Assembly (NCBI GenBank): GCA_965644265.1
Contig: OZ286467.1
Location: forward strand, 15,252,001-15,316,000
From: Glycera tridactyla
Lineage: Eukaryota
DNA length: 64,000 nt
Reading direction: 5' to 3'
The position numbers and the translations under genes were made by a program. This document shows positions 46,851-59,300 of this stretch, piece after piece. The notes under the pieces were generated by a model. That model had not been told where the DNA came from and did no database searches. It was given only the letters and a program-made list of their open reading frames with translations. Position 1 is the first letter of the stretch. The number at the start of each line of letters is the position of its first letter.

Positions 46851-47687
46851 AGTCGTTCTGGTTTTTATCATTCTACCACTTCTATTTTTTGATTTCCTTC
46901 TCTTTTCACTTTCACGGTCAGATCAAGTTGGTTAAATAGGATCAGATGAGATCGGAGTTGGTTGATCAGTATCACAGATAAGGGCATAGGCCATATCGGA
47001 ATGATCAGGTTATCAGATTGGAGATTGGTTAAAAAAGATAAATGGATATGATCGTTTTACGACTTATTCATTCTGATCGATGTCCGAGTGACGATATTTC
47101 GGACCAAAAATCGGGATGATTGGAGTGAAGAAATGGATTGTTGTATCTGAAAATTATTGTTTGAATCAATTGAGATAACCAAACTTGATGTGTATGATGT
47201 GTATGATTTTGTTTTCTATTTCGGACGTCGTATATATTGGTCAGTTGAGGCTCATCTGATCTGTTTGATCAAATCTAAATATATAGGTATCAGAGATCCA
47301 GAAGTGAGATTTGTCTGTTTGAGGTTCAACGGAATGTACCAGAAGTGAGGATCATGTATCGCAGTTCATATCCAGGAAAATACGTTCGAATTATTCAATG
47401 AGATTATGGTAATCGCACTTCACGATTAGGGTACGAGTGATCGGAGTTCGATAAACTTCAGGAAATCCTTCTGTCTGGATTGGAATTATCAATTTTTCGA
47501 GTCGTTGGTTTGCGTCATTTTATTCACGCTAGATTACATTTTTCACACTCCTGGTAATCGCCTGTCTCTTCCAGCCATTCAATGAATACTTCTCGTTCTG
47601 AAGTGATGATTAAGTTCAATCATTGAACTTCCCATTGCAAGTGAAAGCCCCACTCCGTCTTGCCAGTACCAGATGCCAGCATGGCAC

Positions 47688-47713
47688 CCTGGTCAATACC
47701 GCTCACCTTCATG

Positions 47714-47756
<43 letters not shown>

Positions 47757-47784
47757 CACCCTAGTCAATACCGCTCACCTTCAT

Positions 47785-47848
<64 letters not shown>
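47688..47848. repeat. (TC)n microsatellite with a duplicated ~25-bp leader (GTCAATACCGCTCACCTTCATGC)
   Basis: Leader + (TC)n occurs twice in tandem. Confidence 0.92.
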
Positions 47849-47849
<1 letters not shown>

Positions 47850-48239
47850 GCTCGGGAAACGTTCAAGTCAGTATATCTTTTTTGTAGTCAGGATAGGAGA
47901 CCATGGACATTGATATGGAACATCCCGGTGTATAATCATCCATGTACTTTGTTATGGGAGTGACTGGAAGTGTCAATGCATACCTGTTGATGTCATTTGT
48001 CCTAGTGATGACATCAGTGTGATATCAGTTTCTCAACATCACCCCTGCATTGCTTGAAAGTAATTGATGTGAAATTCTGAGAGGATGCCATAAACTTCAA
48101 ACTGGATTTACCATTACCAGTTGCTATGATAACGTCATTCAGTCGACATGATTTCTGAGAAGTGGTCGAACATCAGCATGTTATTGGCTCAGGTGAACGG
48201 TTGTCAGTGAACTGCATTGTTTCCATCATATGACGTCGA

Positions 48240-48543
48240 NNNNNNNNNNNNNNNNNNNNNNNNNNNNNNNNNNNNNNNNNNNNNNNNNNNNNNNNNNNNN
48301 NNNNNNNNNNNNNNNNNNNNNNNNNNNNNNNNNNNNNNNNNNNNNNNNNNNNNNNNNNNNNNNNNNNNNNNNNNNNNNNNNNNNNNNNNNNNNNNNNNNN
48401 NNNNNNNNNNNNNNNNNNNNNNNNNNNNNNNNNNNNNNNNNNNNNNNNNNNNNNNNNNNNNNNNNNNNNNNNNNNNNNNNNNNNNNNNNNNNNNNNNNNN
48501 NNNNNNNNNNNNNNNNNNNNNNNNNNNNNNNNNNNNNNNNNNN
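48240..48543. other. Assembly gap (N run)
   Basis: Ns. Confidence 0.99.
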
Positions 48544-49730
48544 TCATTCCAACCGCAATTGAATTACCAGATTGACATTGCCGTAAGCAGTGTTGAGCGC
48601 TCAGTAATCTCCTCTAGACAGCACACTCAAGTACTTTTTCTTAGATTTCCTTTGCTCAAGAGAAAAAAAGAGAGAGGAAGTGGAGTTGATGAATCAGGGA
48701 TAAGGATTAGGTATTTTCATGAATGCAAACCGGCTCAGTTGCTGTGATTGCAACTGAAACACTTGCGGTGTCGATTGAAGGCTACTTAATATTCAGAAAT
48801 TTTTGGGCTTGGATCCTGTCACCCTATAACGCCCTACAATTCTGATCGAATATAGAATCATCACGGGCGAGCATTACAATAAGACAGGGAGGTAGATAGA
48901 AACGAAGACGATACGGATGATAACCAATGAGATGGAGCAAATAGGGGCAAATGCAGAAGAGTAGTGAAGGCACATGGAAAAGAGGGGTGATGTTGATGGC
49001 ACAGACGGAGGAGAAGACAAAAATGATGAAGAGAAGGGAGCAGAAGATGAAAAAGGAGACAAAGGCGAGGAAGGAGAAGAAGAAGAACAAGGGAGATGAA
49101 TACATTCGTTTCCATCGCTACGTGAAGACCTAATTGGAAAAAGATGGAGTCATCACAGTTTTTCAAACCATTGAGACGTCCCGTTTGGATGAGGGATTTA
49201 CTGGTCAACACATAATTCGTTTGTGATAATCACACGCCCCACAGCACAACCAGCAAGTCGTAGTTTTAGAGAATAACATATTTCATACCTAAATCTCATA
49301 CTAATCACCCCAAACTACACCTAACAGACTTGCTTTCCGATGGCATATATTCCCTGCTTCTTTGAAAATAAAAGTGTCAGTAGCTCGATCTAGAATTTTG
49401 TGTGGCTTTCATTCCCTTTCAGAACAACGTGTAGTATTTTTTTGATTTTTCACAGCATCTCGGTAGTGGTAGTGATCTAGCCGGCTTGAGTCAGAAGATG
49501 TGAAGTGGATATGAGGAAGATTGGTATAATAGCATCAAACATACGTGAGGCAATGACCCGACAACTATTTGTAAGAAGACCAGCCATCCGATTGCTACGA
49601 CCTTATCATCTCATTCCAGAACCCCACACTCCTTATCCGCATTCATTCTATCGTCCAGATACTATGCGGAGACCAACAAAAATTGAAGTTCGAGAAATTG
49701 ACGTTTGGGTCCGAATTTATCGATAACAAT

Positions 49731-50672
49731 TAAATGTAGTTATTCCATTCAATGTATTATGGAATTGTCCCCGATATCTGGTTACCAAATGGTTGATTTA
49801 CCAACGAAGATTCAAAGATGACCCCTGTTTTTTTCACTTAAATTGACTTGCCACATATTCTTCTACGCTGCAACAAATTCACAAGTATTTTCCCACTTGT
49901 GAAATATTTGATGACACTAGTAATATCAACAATCAAACTTGAGATTCCATTCGTTAATACCAACATGATCTAATTTGCCCATTCGCAATACTCACAAAAT
50001 CTATTCCTCTGCAGAAAAATGCTCGTTTGTGAAGATTTTATTCAGGAAAGACATGGACAAACTGGTCAAAATACATGCTTTCGTGGCATAACATAAACAG
50101 ACAGCGTGGTGCATAAACATATTATAAAGGTGCGAGAAAAGAATGAGTATAGTAAATGAAATAGAATCTGTTTAGCAGATTTTCCTATGGTTGGGAATGG
50201 ATATAGAATCTATTATCTTCAGTTCATAACACACTGGTATTTGAATAGATCAATCATATCATACTTCGTTTTCTCATTTTTCTGGTTCTGGGTAACTTAC
50301 TGGATTCACTCGTTTGTGGGTATGGCAATTGAAAACATAGTCATCATACGGTTGCAACCGTTGTATCCTTAATCATAACATTCAATTGGTTTACACAAAT
50401 CGATGATACCCGAAACATGGCATGGGGCAAGATAAAGGATCGCACGTGTGTATCAAACAATCAAAACAATGCTTACAACATATACCTAGTCACAAAGTAT
50501 AAATCTGACCAAACTGAAGTCACCATACGGTTCCGTCAGTCATATCCTAAAGACTGATATCCAGTTGATTGGATCCTGGCAGTTGATACATGATTTGCGA
50601 TATGGGGCATAATATAAGATCCAATATATATGAACGTATACTAAGGTATCCAGGACATTGTGGGTATGGCAA
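49731..50672 (+). repeat. Dispersed repeat, copy 1 (matches 63061-64000)
   Basis: Collinear match beginning TAAATGTAGTTATTCCATTC, with scattered substitutions; offset about 13330. True right end unknown. Confidence 0.9.
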
Positions 50673-52763
50673 GCTTAATATGAATAAAATGTATATAGCA
50701 TTTGGTCTTGGTTGCTGGTTATCAGATTCATATCTCTTACCACAAATGTAGGAGTCAGCAATCAGACCTTGATGACGTGAAATGGCTCAATCAATTCCTG
50801 ACTGATCAGGATGATAGAGCTCATGGTGGAGCATGATATATGATTGGTTGAATCGTACCCGGCCCCATTTCAATTAGCCATGAATTAGCCCCTCTAACGA
50901 GCATATTCCCGTCTGCGAATACGGTTCTGCTTCGAGTAACATCAAGTATATTACCGACTGTTTGTCTCGTGGTTCTTTTGAGCTTTTACTCCTATGTCTT
51001 ACAGAGTTCTTAGATGTTCCTTTGCGACCCCAATGCACACTGATGCACGAGAATACAGGAACATTTCCGAGTACATGAATGAGCCTCAGAGAGGATCCAC
51101 GAATGAAAGGAGCAGATTAGGGCGTGCTAGAGATGATACGATCAACCCTATCACCTTATGTATGCCTGTTTCCAGAGTATTACATGAAGCCTTGCCCCGG
51201 TAAAGTGCCAGGTGAACCAGTCAGAAATCAGGGGTGCAGGGAGAACCAAACACACCAGTATTTGAGTTATCTAATCAATTTGTTTGATCATCATCCACAC
51301 GTGGTTATATATCAAACTGACATATAGCACATTGCTAAAACATGGTCATTAGTAGGCGTGAACTCATTGATAGGGTTTTCCAACCTGACGCATTTCCATG
51401 TTTCAGGTACTGCATTTTTTCAACAATGGAAACACTGCTAGGAGGTCTGAGTGTCAGCTTCCTGTCAGCGTGAAGGTTGGATATGCTATCATTAGGTTCG
51501 TTTGATTTTGTTCGTCGTGCTCAGGTGAACCGTCAGCTATTTTCAAGTGACAGCGTTGCTAATTACTCATCATCCTCTGATCAGCTTTTGCCAGAGCGAT
51601 GTCAACAGGGGATACGGCATGTAGCCCCCATAGATGAGATACACATGATGTAATAATTTTCAACATACTTGTTGGATCTCATCAGATCAATCTATGTAGG
51701 GAGAAAAATGTGTACGGAGCTGTTCAAGTATTCGCCTGGGTTGCAGAGCTATGCTCAGCATTATGATTTACAGATCATGAGCGCTTTGGTAAGCCTTCTC
51801 AAATGGCGCTATGGTGTTGGATTCATTTTATTGATCATCATTCGAGATTCTACGATCCTACGTGGGAACATGTCTCTGAATATACATTCTTGCACTCAAT
51901 AAAGGCCCATACAATGGAATGTTAGCTGCTCTTCAGGGACTAACAATATTTTCAAATTCAAAATGGGGTCCGAAAGATTATGGTCAATATTTATATTCGA
52001 ATTGATCTGCTGGTTGAAGGCAACATACCTGGCTCAATATACTACTTGAGTGGATATTTTCCTGTCTGCAGTAAGTATCCTCACCACACGATAAAAGCTC
52101 TATCATTGATATATATTACCAAAATTCAGCTCTGATGGACGACCCAACTGACGGGATGACATGGTATCTTGGAGTTCACAATGCAATCAAATTTCAAATC
52201 CAGTGATCTTGATTTACAGGAAAGATATAACTGAGCTCTGAGCTAGATCGCGCGATGGACATTATCATGATCATATTTGACTTTGTTTCTGTGCCTGTTT
52301 CTGTGCTTGTGCAAATTATACATTAAATTGAATTGTTCTCATCGAAAAAATCTAGTGTTTTTATTGATTCTCTCTGAGGTCAATAGCCACTCCAAATTAT
52401 CTTTTGGAACAACGCCTTTGTTGGATTTGAGGAATAACGCATCGGGAACATGTGTGATGAAAGTGACTCGACTGTAAGTGTCATTCTATCCTACCGAAGC
52501 TGCAATACATGACACTTGGTAAATGAGTCAATTTCTATATTCATTGCTGGGATAATCGTTTGACCGTACAGACATTCATCACAGGTCAAAAGCTCGAGTA
52601 TACTCTCATTTGTCAATAATAATATTGACTCAGTCAGGAGAAGACTCTCCTGCGGGAGCATTTCTCCTATGATTAGTGAATTCACATGTCGCATCTGATG
52701 CCCGCATGCCGCATAGACCCGAACCCACACAGGGTGGATAGAACAGTCCCCCCACTCACTTAC

Positions 52764-52973
52764 CTGAAGCCCAATTATATTGGTAACTCCGGAAATGTCG
52801 GGCGGCCAATATCTGATCAGGCCCATTGAAGCGATGGATTCCAAATCTCTCAATATCATGTACCGATAAATTAACGGGCCACGGTGGAATCAAGCTTATT
52901 AGGTAGTGGGATTGTGTTTCTATCGGACTCATATTAGACGCACCCGTTATTCTCCATGTTCTCAGGCGATATT
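52764..52973 (-). other. Candidate 210-bp phase-1/phase-1 exon, weakly FN3-like
   Basis: Acceptor CTGTTTCCAG and donor CAG|GTAAGT. Open frame EYRLRTWRITGASNMSP...IPPWPVNLSVHDIERFGIHRFNGPDQ...SYQYNWAS. Confidence 0.28.
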
Positions 52974-53089
52974 CTGGAAACAGCCGGCATATGGCTCAAC
53001 ACTGACTTCAATATATAGTAGCAATGCTCCACTGAGTGGGAACAGTGCTTGTATCCTATGCGGATTTTAGAAGAAAACTTTTACATTAG

Positions 53090-53160
53090 ATGGTGGTGGG
53101 TGTGGAGGTGATGGTGATGATGATGATGATGATAATAATGATTACAATAATGATAATGGT
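53090..53160. repeat. (GAT/GGT/AAT)n trinucleotide tract
   Basis: Direct inspection. Confidence 0.85.
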
Positions 53161-53713
53161 GAACGCTGGCTTCTTCTGGTTTGTTCGCGTGCGGTGATTG
53201 CGAACATGCCATCTCTCGTATTTTCCGTTCATTTTGTACCAATGATTTTCTTGACAATTTGACTGAAAAATACAATGAGATGAATGTAATCTCCGGCCTG
53301 GGCCACGTGACGTATGAGAATCCCAACAAGAGCACCGACTGTGTACTTCATGGACAATCTTCGTGCTTCAGACTTTTTACATTCGTTTGCAATCTCAATC
53401 ATTTTTAGCGACACATCAACCACATAATTTATATTGATTTCGGTTTTGTCTTGCTGTTTTGACCATATGGTATTGACCAAATCCTGATACAGTGATGTCA
53501 TTCGTTTGTTTAGTTTCAACGTCATCCCAACCTCGAAGGACTGATTTGGACAGCACTACGATTTCTTTTACGCGTATACAGAAACAAACTCCGATACAAT
53601 TGACTAGCCTGTCCACGATATGTTGTTGTCTAAATATTCACAACTACCGAATATATCTTTTGGATGCCGTAACGACGAACGTCGGGGTGAATACAATTGT
53701 CACCAATATATTA

Positions 53714-53741
53714 AATTCAATTCAATTCAAAACCTTTTATT
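53714..53741 (-). mobile_element. Probable LINE 3' terminus: AATAAA followed by (TTGAA)n tail
   Basis: Minus strand reads AATAAAAGGTTTTGAATTGAATTGAATT. Upstream coding sequence not recognised. Confidence 0.5.
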
Positions 53742-54324
53742 TAGTCACGAATATAAATCAAACATAAGAGGCAGTATACAAGGCACATTGTGAAGTGGCA
53801 AAATGGTGATACAATCCTGGTCTGCTTTCCATTCAGCTCGTGAATGTATTTTTGCATATGTATGGTGTATAGTTTCTCAATGAGAAATATCCATCATGTA
53901 ATTGATATGGTTAATAAACAGAGCAGTGAGCATATAATATTTGTATGTTGTATGTACATCAGTGTGGCAATGATCAACAATAGTTTAGAAAAGCTTGAAA
54001 AGACTACAATTTCTCAGTCAACATATACACGTTGACAGAACAAGCATCCAATCCACCATCAAGATGTGACCAATCAATTGGAGTTCGAATGATTTATCAA
54101 TCTGTGATCAACAGTATTAGTGATCTTCAGGACTCCTACTCGAAATCCTACCATTTGTGCTCAGTCAAAAGAGAGGGAAGCACGAGAAACCTCTGACTAT
54201 GGTTGAATATCCAAGTCACTTCGAAAGGAATGGAAGCCACCAAAGTAACTCCAAAAATATGCATGTGATCATCCGCATTATACCCGAGTTTGGTCCTGCG
54301 ACGGAACAAATTCAGACATCCACC

Positions 54325-54746
54325 CGGACCTTTACAATCGAGCAGAAAAAGGCACTCGATGGTATATACACACACATGCTGAGGATGGCCCTAGGGGTGT
54401 CCTGGTCTGATCACATGCATGATGTGGATCTGTAAAATGGACTACCAAAGGTGACAGACAACATCCATGAGCGTAGGATGAGACTAGCAGGACGATGCAC
54501 TCGACACATGGGGCTTCCAGCAGCACCCCTGGTTCTTTGGGAAGCAGTAGAGGGCAAACCTAAGAAGGGCAGAAAGAGGACCAACTATGTTGACGTCCTG
54601 AAGAAAGATGCTTGAGTGTCCACAACGGATGAGCTTTGCACATGCATGATGGATAGGGAGGACTGGAAAGCAAGACATCATTTGGCCAATGCTACTGGAG
54701 GATCTGCCACAACAGAACTGCCCCAGACACGGCATGATGATAATGA
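54325..54746 (+). pseudogene. 5'-truncated RTE-clade LINE 3' end
   Basis: KKALDGIYTHMLRMALGVSWSDH...LPKVTDNIHERRMRLAGRCTRH...LVLWEAVEGKPKKGRKRTNYVDVLKKD...MMDREDWK with two stops. GATGATAATGAC tail. Confidence 0.85.
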
Positions 54747-55438
54747 CTACATCTAGTAGCTTTCTCTGATACTGCTAATTCTAAATATACCTCGTGTGAA
54801 ATGCACAGGGGGTAGATTTGATAGACCAAACGTTAGGATGGCCCAATTCTTACCTGGATAGCTACAAGCTTTCAATAATTGTGAAAGGAGACATGACTCA
54901 TCTCATCAACATTATCAAGGTCAGTCGATATGTGGCAACATTACTGGATACGTGCGTGAAGATTTACTGTTTTTTCGCTGTTTGCACACATGGATTTGTC
55001 GCAGAAATATACGATATAACCGCTCGAGGTATTTTTTACGGTATGTTCCCTACATTTCACGCAGTGTTATCAATTCTGGTAGCCAGCGTGATGATCATTG
55101 CACTGGATGATGAGAGAGTTGTGAGCTCCATGAGACATGAATTATTCCTGAATGGAGTTTGAATAATAATACCATCCGAGAATGCTAACGTGGTTGGATT
55201 TCATCATCATATTCCTTCAATATGGACTGGAATTCGGCCATATCCGAGATAGATGATTATAGTCCGTATTTGTCTCGGTAGTGTATGTGCTACTTCCCAC
55301 TTGGTCACTGTCATTATGGCTACCTCCATTACCATCGCAGCTTGGCCAACGAAAAAGAGGAAAGTGAAACAAGAAATTTTTTCAAAAAGAAGAATTGTCG
55401 TCGATTTACAGCGGAGAGGTGGTGATTTAAAAGGGGGA

Positions 55439-55760
55439 NNNNNNNNNNNNNNNNNNNNNNNNNNNNNNNNNNNNNNNNNNNNNNNNNNNNNNNNNNNNNN
55501 NNNNNNNNNNNNNNNNNNNNNNNNNNNNNNNNNNNNNNNNNNNNNNNNNNNNNNNNNNNNNNNNNNNNNNNNNNNNNNNNGNNNNNNNNNNNNNNNNNNN
55601 NNNNNNNNNNNNNNNNNNNNNNNNNNNNNNNNNNNNNNNNNNNNNNNNNNNNNNNNNNNNNNNNNNNNNNNNNNNNNNNNNNNNNNNNNNNNNNNNNNNN
55701 NNNNNNNNNNNNNNNNNNNNNNNNNNNNNNNNNNNNNNNNNNNNNNNNNNNNNNNNNNNN
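55439..55760. other. Assembly gap (N run, one G at 55581)
   Basis: Ns. Confidence 0.99.
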
Positions 55761-56306
55761 GCCCGGTCACCGAGAGCGTCGATGACAAGAGCGTGCGCAC
55801 ACACGTTAATAGTAGATAGCATGCGGCGAGAAGAACGGCGACTTTACCAGCGAATACTCGTATCAAGACTTGTCTTACTGATGAAAGGAAGTCTTCCATA
55901 TCCAGCTAGGTACAGCCCATGCATCAATTGCGTGAATCCATCGTATACTCGCCCAAAACAGTGAACTATCGATCGAATGGCAACTTCTTCCCAGCACGCC
56001 ATGTTATGACGTCACGGAGGGGTTTCCCTGGTAATGATGCCCTCTTTATCCGCCATGTGTCGCTTTCTAATGATATATTTTTCGTTTCAAACATTCTCAC
56101 ACAGTCATTAATCTACAATATCCGAAATTAGCAATGTTTCATGCAAAAACTACTGTTTCTCACACATTCCACACATTTTTCAAGCAGTTTCAGTTCAATT
56201 CTGATAATTTGATAGCGATCATTTACAAATGATAGTCCACAAAACATATGGGATTAACGTAGTCAAACAACGTCGATTCATGGCGGATGACTCCTCAAAA
56301 TGGACG

Positions 56307-59300
56307 ATAGAAATGTCTAAATTGAGTGGGAATCGCAAAGTGAAAATAGTACCTTCTCCGACGGCAAAAAAATCCAGGATCAGCCCAGATTCATTACTGA
56401 GTGGCAGTATCGTTGATGCTGGGAGGAGCTAGTCATTCATGATACCCCCGTGTGGTGGGGAATCCCAGCTCTTGTCGGTCAGGTATTTTTAAACGATCCG
56501 GACAAACCAGCTTATTTTTCAGGACGATATGTGAACCACACAACATGACCTTGGATCTGGGATCACGTCACCAGTGATTAGCCGGTATTCTATTACATGA
56601 TCTATTCACACGGCCTCCTATATGTCAAGCTGTTTTTGATATGTCATTGTGAATATGAGTTGTCCGAATTTCACACCCAGCTGCCATGGTAACTCACACA
56701 ATAACAATAGGTTGGTCCTCTGGTGTTTTTTTGCAATGGGTTTCCAGGGATAAGACATGTGCACTATGAAATGTGTGCATAGTAAGGATCTCTACTCCCC
56801 AACTCCAAACTCATCACCATGAATAAAACGGAGCTATGTATAATCCCAAACCATCACATCGATTTTCACTGAATCACTGCACATAGGTCACCAGCATATA
56901 TAGCAGGTGGATTCCCAATATTCCTGTGTTGAAAATCCTATGAGTGGGAGCAATGACCTGCAGGGAAGAGAATCCGACCAATTCTTTTGATGTCTGGCTG
57001 TTGATTAGGTGAGAGTTTGACGCTTGATTATGAGCTCACCGGTTGGCATGTTATGAATACAATAATCGCCCTTTAGCAGTACACACACATCGAGACTGCT
57101 ATTACATTCTCGCCTTCAGGAGTTTGTCGGGTGGTGCAGTGGTAGCGTCTTCACACTTGACCCAAACATAGAAAAGCTGTGGCTGCAGCTAGTTGTGGGA
57201 TGGTGACCATGACAGAGATATCAGAATGCGTATACCATTATGACTTGGCCAAACACTTCTCTAATAGTGCCAGACTACACCAGAGGTCTGGGTCCACCAG
57301 TGTTGAGCTCAAAAGATGGAAATAGGCATGAGCTACACAGCCCGAGGGCTGGTTGATGCTGTGAGCTCCTATCTAGGATCTGAAAACAATGGTCCAAGCT
57401 AGAATTGCGCCTTCCCATGTTTAGACTGGTCACACATGAATGACTAACAGCAGCACTTGGAGGATCAGCACCTTCGAGCTCTGAGAGTGATAGTGGGCTG
57501 ATCTTAGTCGAATCGATCGAACAAATGAACAAGCATTATTCGAAGTCAAACTAATGGATCTGGTACTTGCATCATCAAAAGGATACAGGCAGTTGATGTC
57601 TGAGACATGTCGAGAAAAATCGAGTAGTTCTTTCTGGAAAAGAAACAAGTCACGCACAATCTTGAAAGTGATATCACGCCAAATTCCTTTGGAGTGGATG
57701 GTAATGTTGATCGGGCCAATTGAAGTGCTGATAATCGACTACAGTAATGAAGTCCGAAATTGCCCGGTTGATTGTAAGATAACTTAATTTTATGGATGAT
57801 AAACTGTGTCTGAATTGCAAGGCAAGCAAAAAATGCACCAAGCCACGAAAAAGCTTTCTTCGGCAACACACCTAGTCAATCACACTCAATTTTGTGTGTG
57901 TCCTCATCATCTTGTCTTCATGGTTGGTGATGTCGGCAGGGTACATATAATCTAGCTTCCATAGATGAATGCATACATGATCATCCTGACCCTAACAGAA
58001 CAAACAAGTAATACAGATTACTAAACGATGATTCGAAGCATCGCTCAGATAACTTCGAATCATAATGAAGCAGACATAATGACAGGACTACTGCAGCAGG
58101 TTGTCGATAAAAACGTCCCGAATCTAAATTAAATCAGATGCAATCATGAAAATATGCTCTGACTTATGAGCAAGCCTAAATTGAGCGTTTTGCTGAACGA
58201 TTGTACTGAGACGTGTAAGATTGCCCTGAATGTCACGTGACTGCTGGAAATCAGCTTCTTGCTGTGATTCACTCCGTCTTCTGGTCAGAATTGTGAAATC
58301 GGAAGTAGAAGATAAACGTTATTTATAGATCACAACGTGGGATCAACCTTCTGCGCCCTTCCCCACCCTCATAATCCCACACCTGTTATTTACTCATCAG
58401 CCATTCAACCACTCATATGTTATTTCACTAGATCTGTTCTGGATACACAAACGACACTTTCAGCTCCTGTCGTACGTCGGAGATAGCTGATTGATTCCAT
58501 ACTGTGATCTTGAGATTCATTTGTGACCTGAAAAATTTGCATTATATTGCAGTTGATGGCCAATGATGGCCCATGGATGTGAAGTGATATACATGTAACA
58601 GGATACGCCAACCAGTATGATATATACACTATTCTGATTTGGGTATATTCCAACTTGGTTATGTTTTCTTCCTCAATTGAATTAGTAGGAGCAAATATGG
58701 CGCATCATATGATTCCTCCAGTAGGCATGAGTGGACTGAAGCATAGTGCACCAGTCGTCAGTTAAGTTTCGGATGCATAAAATGTGATTGCATATCACAA
58801 GCGTGTTTGATTTTCATGTTTCTCCAGATGAAATTGGACTCTAGGTTGCATTCGAATGTAGCCGTGTAGGTGGAATATCCCAGTTAGTTCCAGGCTCGGG
58901 CATCTCGGATGCACAAGTCTGCATCGGTAAACTATAAGCAGGTCAATTTGTCAGGAAGACATGATTACTCGTCTGCGTCATCCACCAATCGAGGATATGG
59001 CTTGCTTTCTGACTGATATTGGAACAATCCTCCAAGATGAAAGTAGTATTTTGTGGACCTCCACCAATGGGTGTTTCCCTCTAGGTCTTGATATAATTCA
59101 GATTTCCAAAGCTGGGTGAAGCTGGCTGGATGAGTAATGCCAGCCACTTTGATTGACTTCATCACCTCTCAGCAAATCATCAGCCACCAGACTAGTAGCT
59201 GAACCATCACATTATCGCCAAACCCTTAAAAGCACTTCTCCCACAGGACAGTAAACACTCGAGCAATCTCCCCGAAATATTCGCCGATGCCCTCACAATT

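Noticed and set aside
47623-47963. Leu-Ser-rich ORFs
   Set aside because: Derived from the (TC)n microsatellite.
52491-52859. 122-aa ORF with SEWGDCS (thrombospondin-like)
   Set aside because: The motif begins at a consensus GTAAGT donor and lacks the remaining TSP1 Cys/Arg pattern; more likely intronic coincidence.
39801-55899. ORFs spanning N runs (39801-40413, 48173-48747, 55207-55899)
   Set aside because: Their length is an artefact of assembly gaps.
57129-57150. tRNA/SINE-like A box GGTGGTGCAGTGGTAGC (also near 60199)
   Set aside because: No B box or cloverleaf follows.
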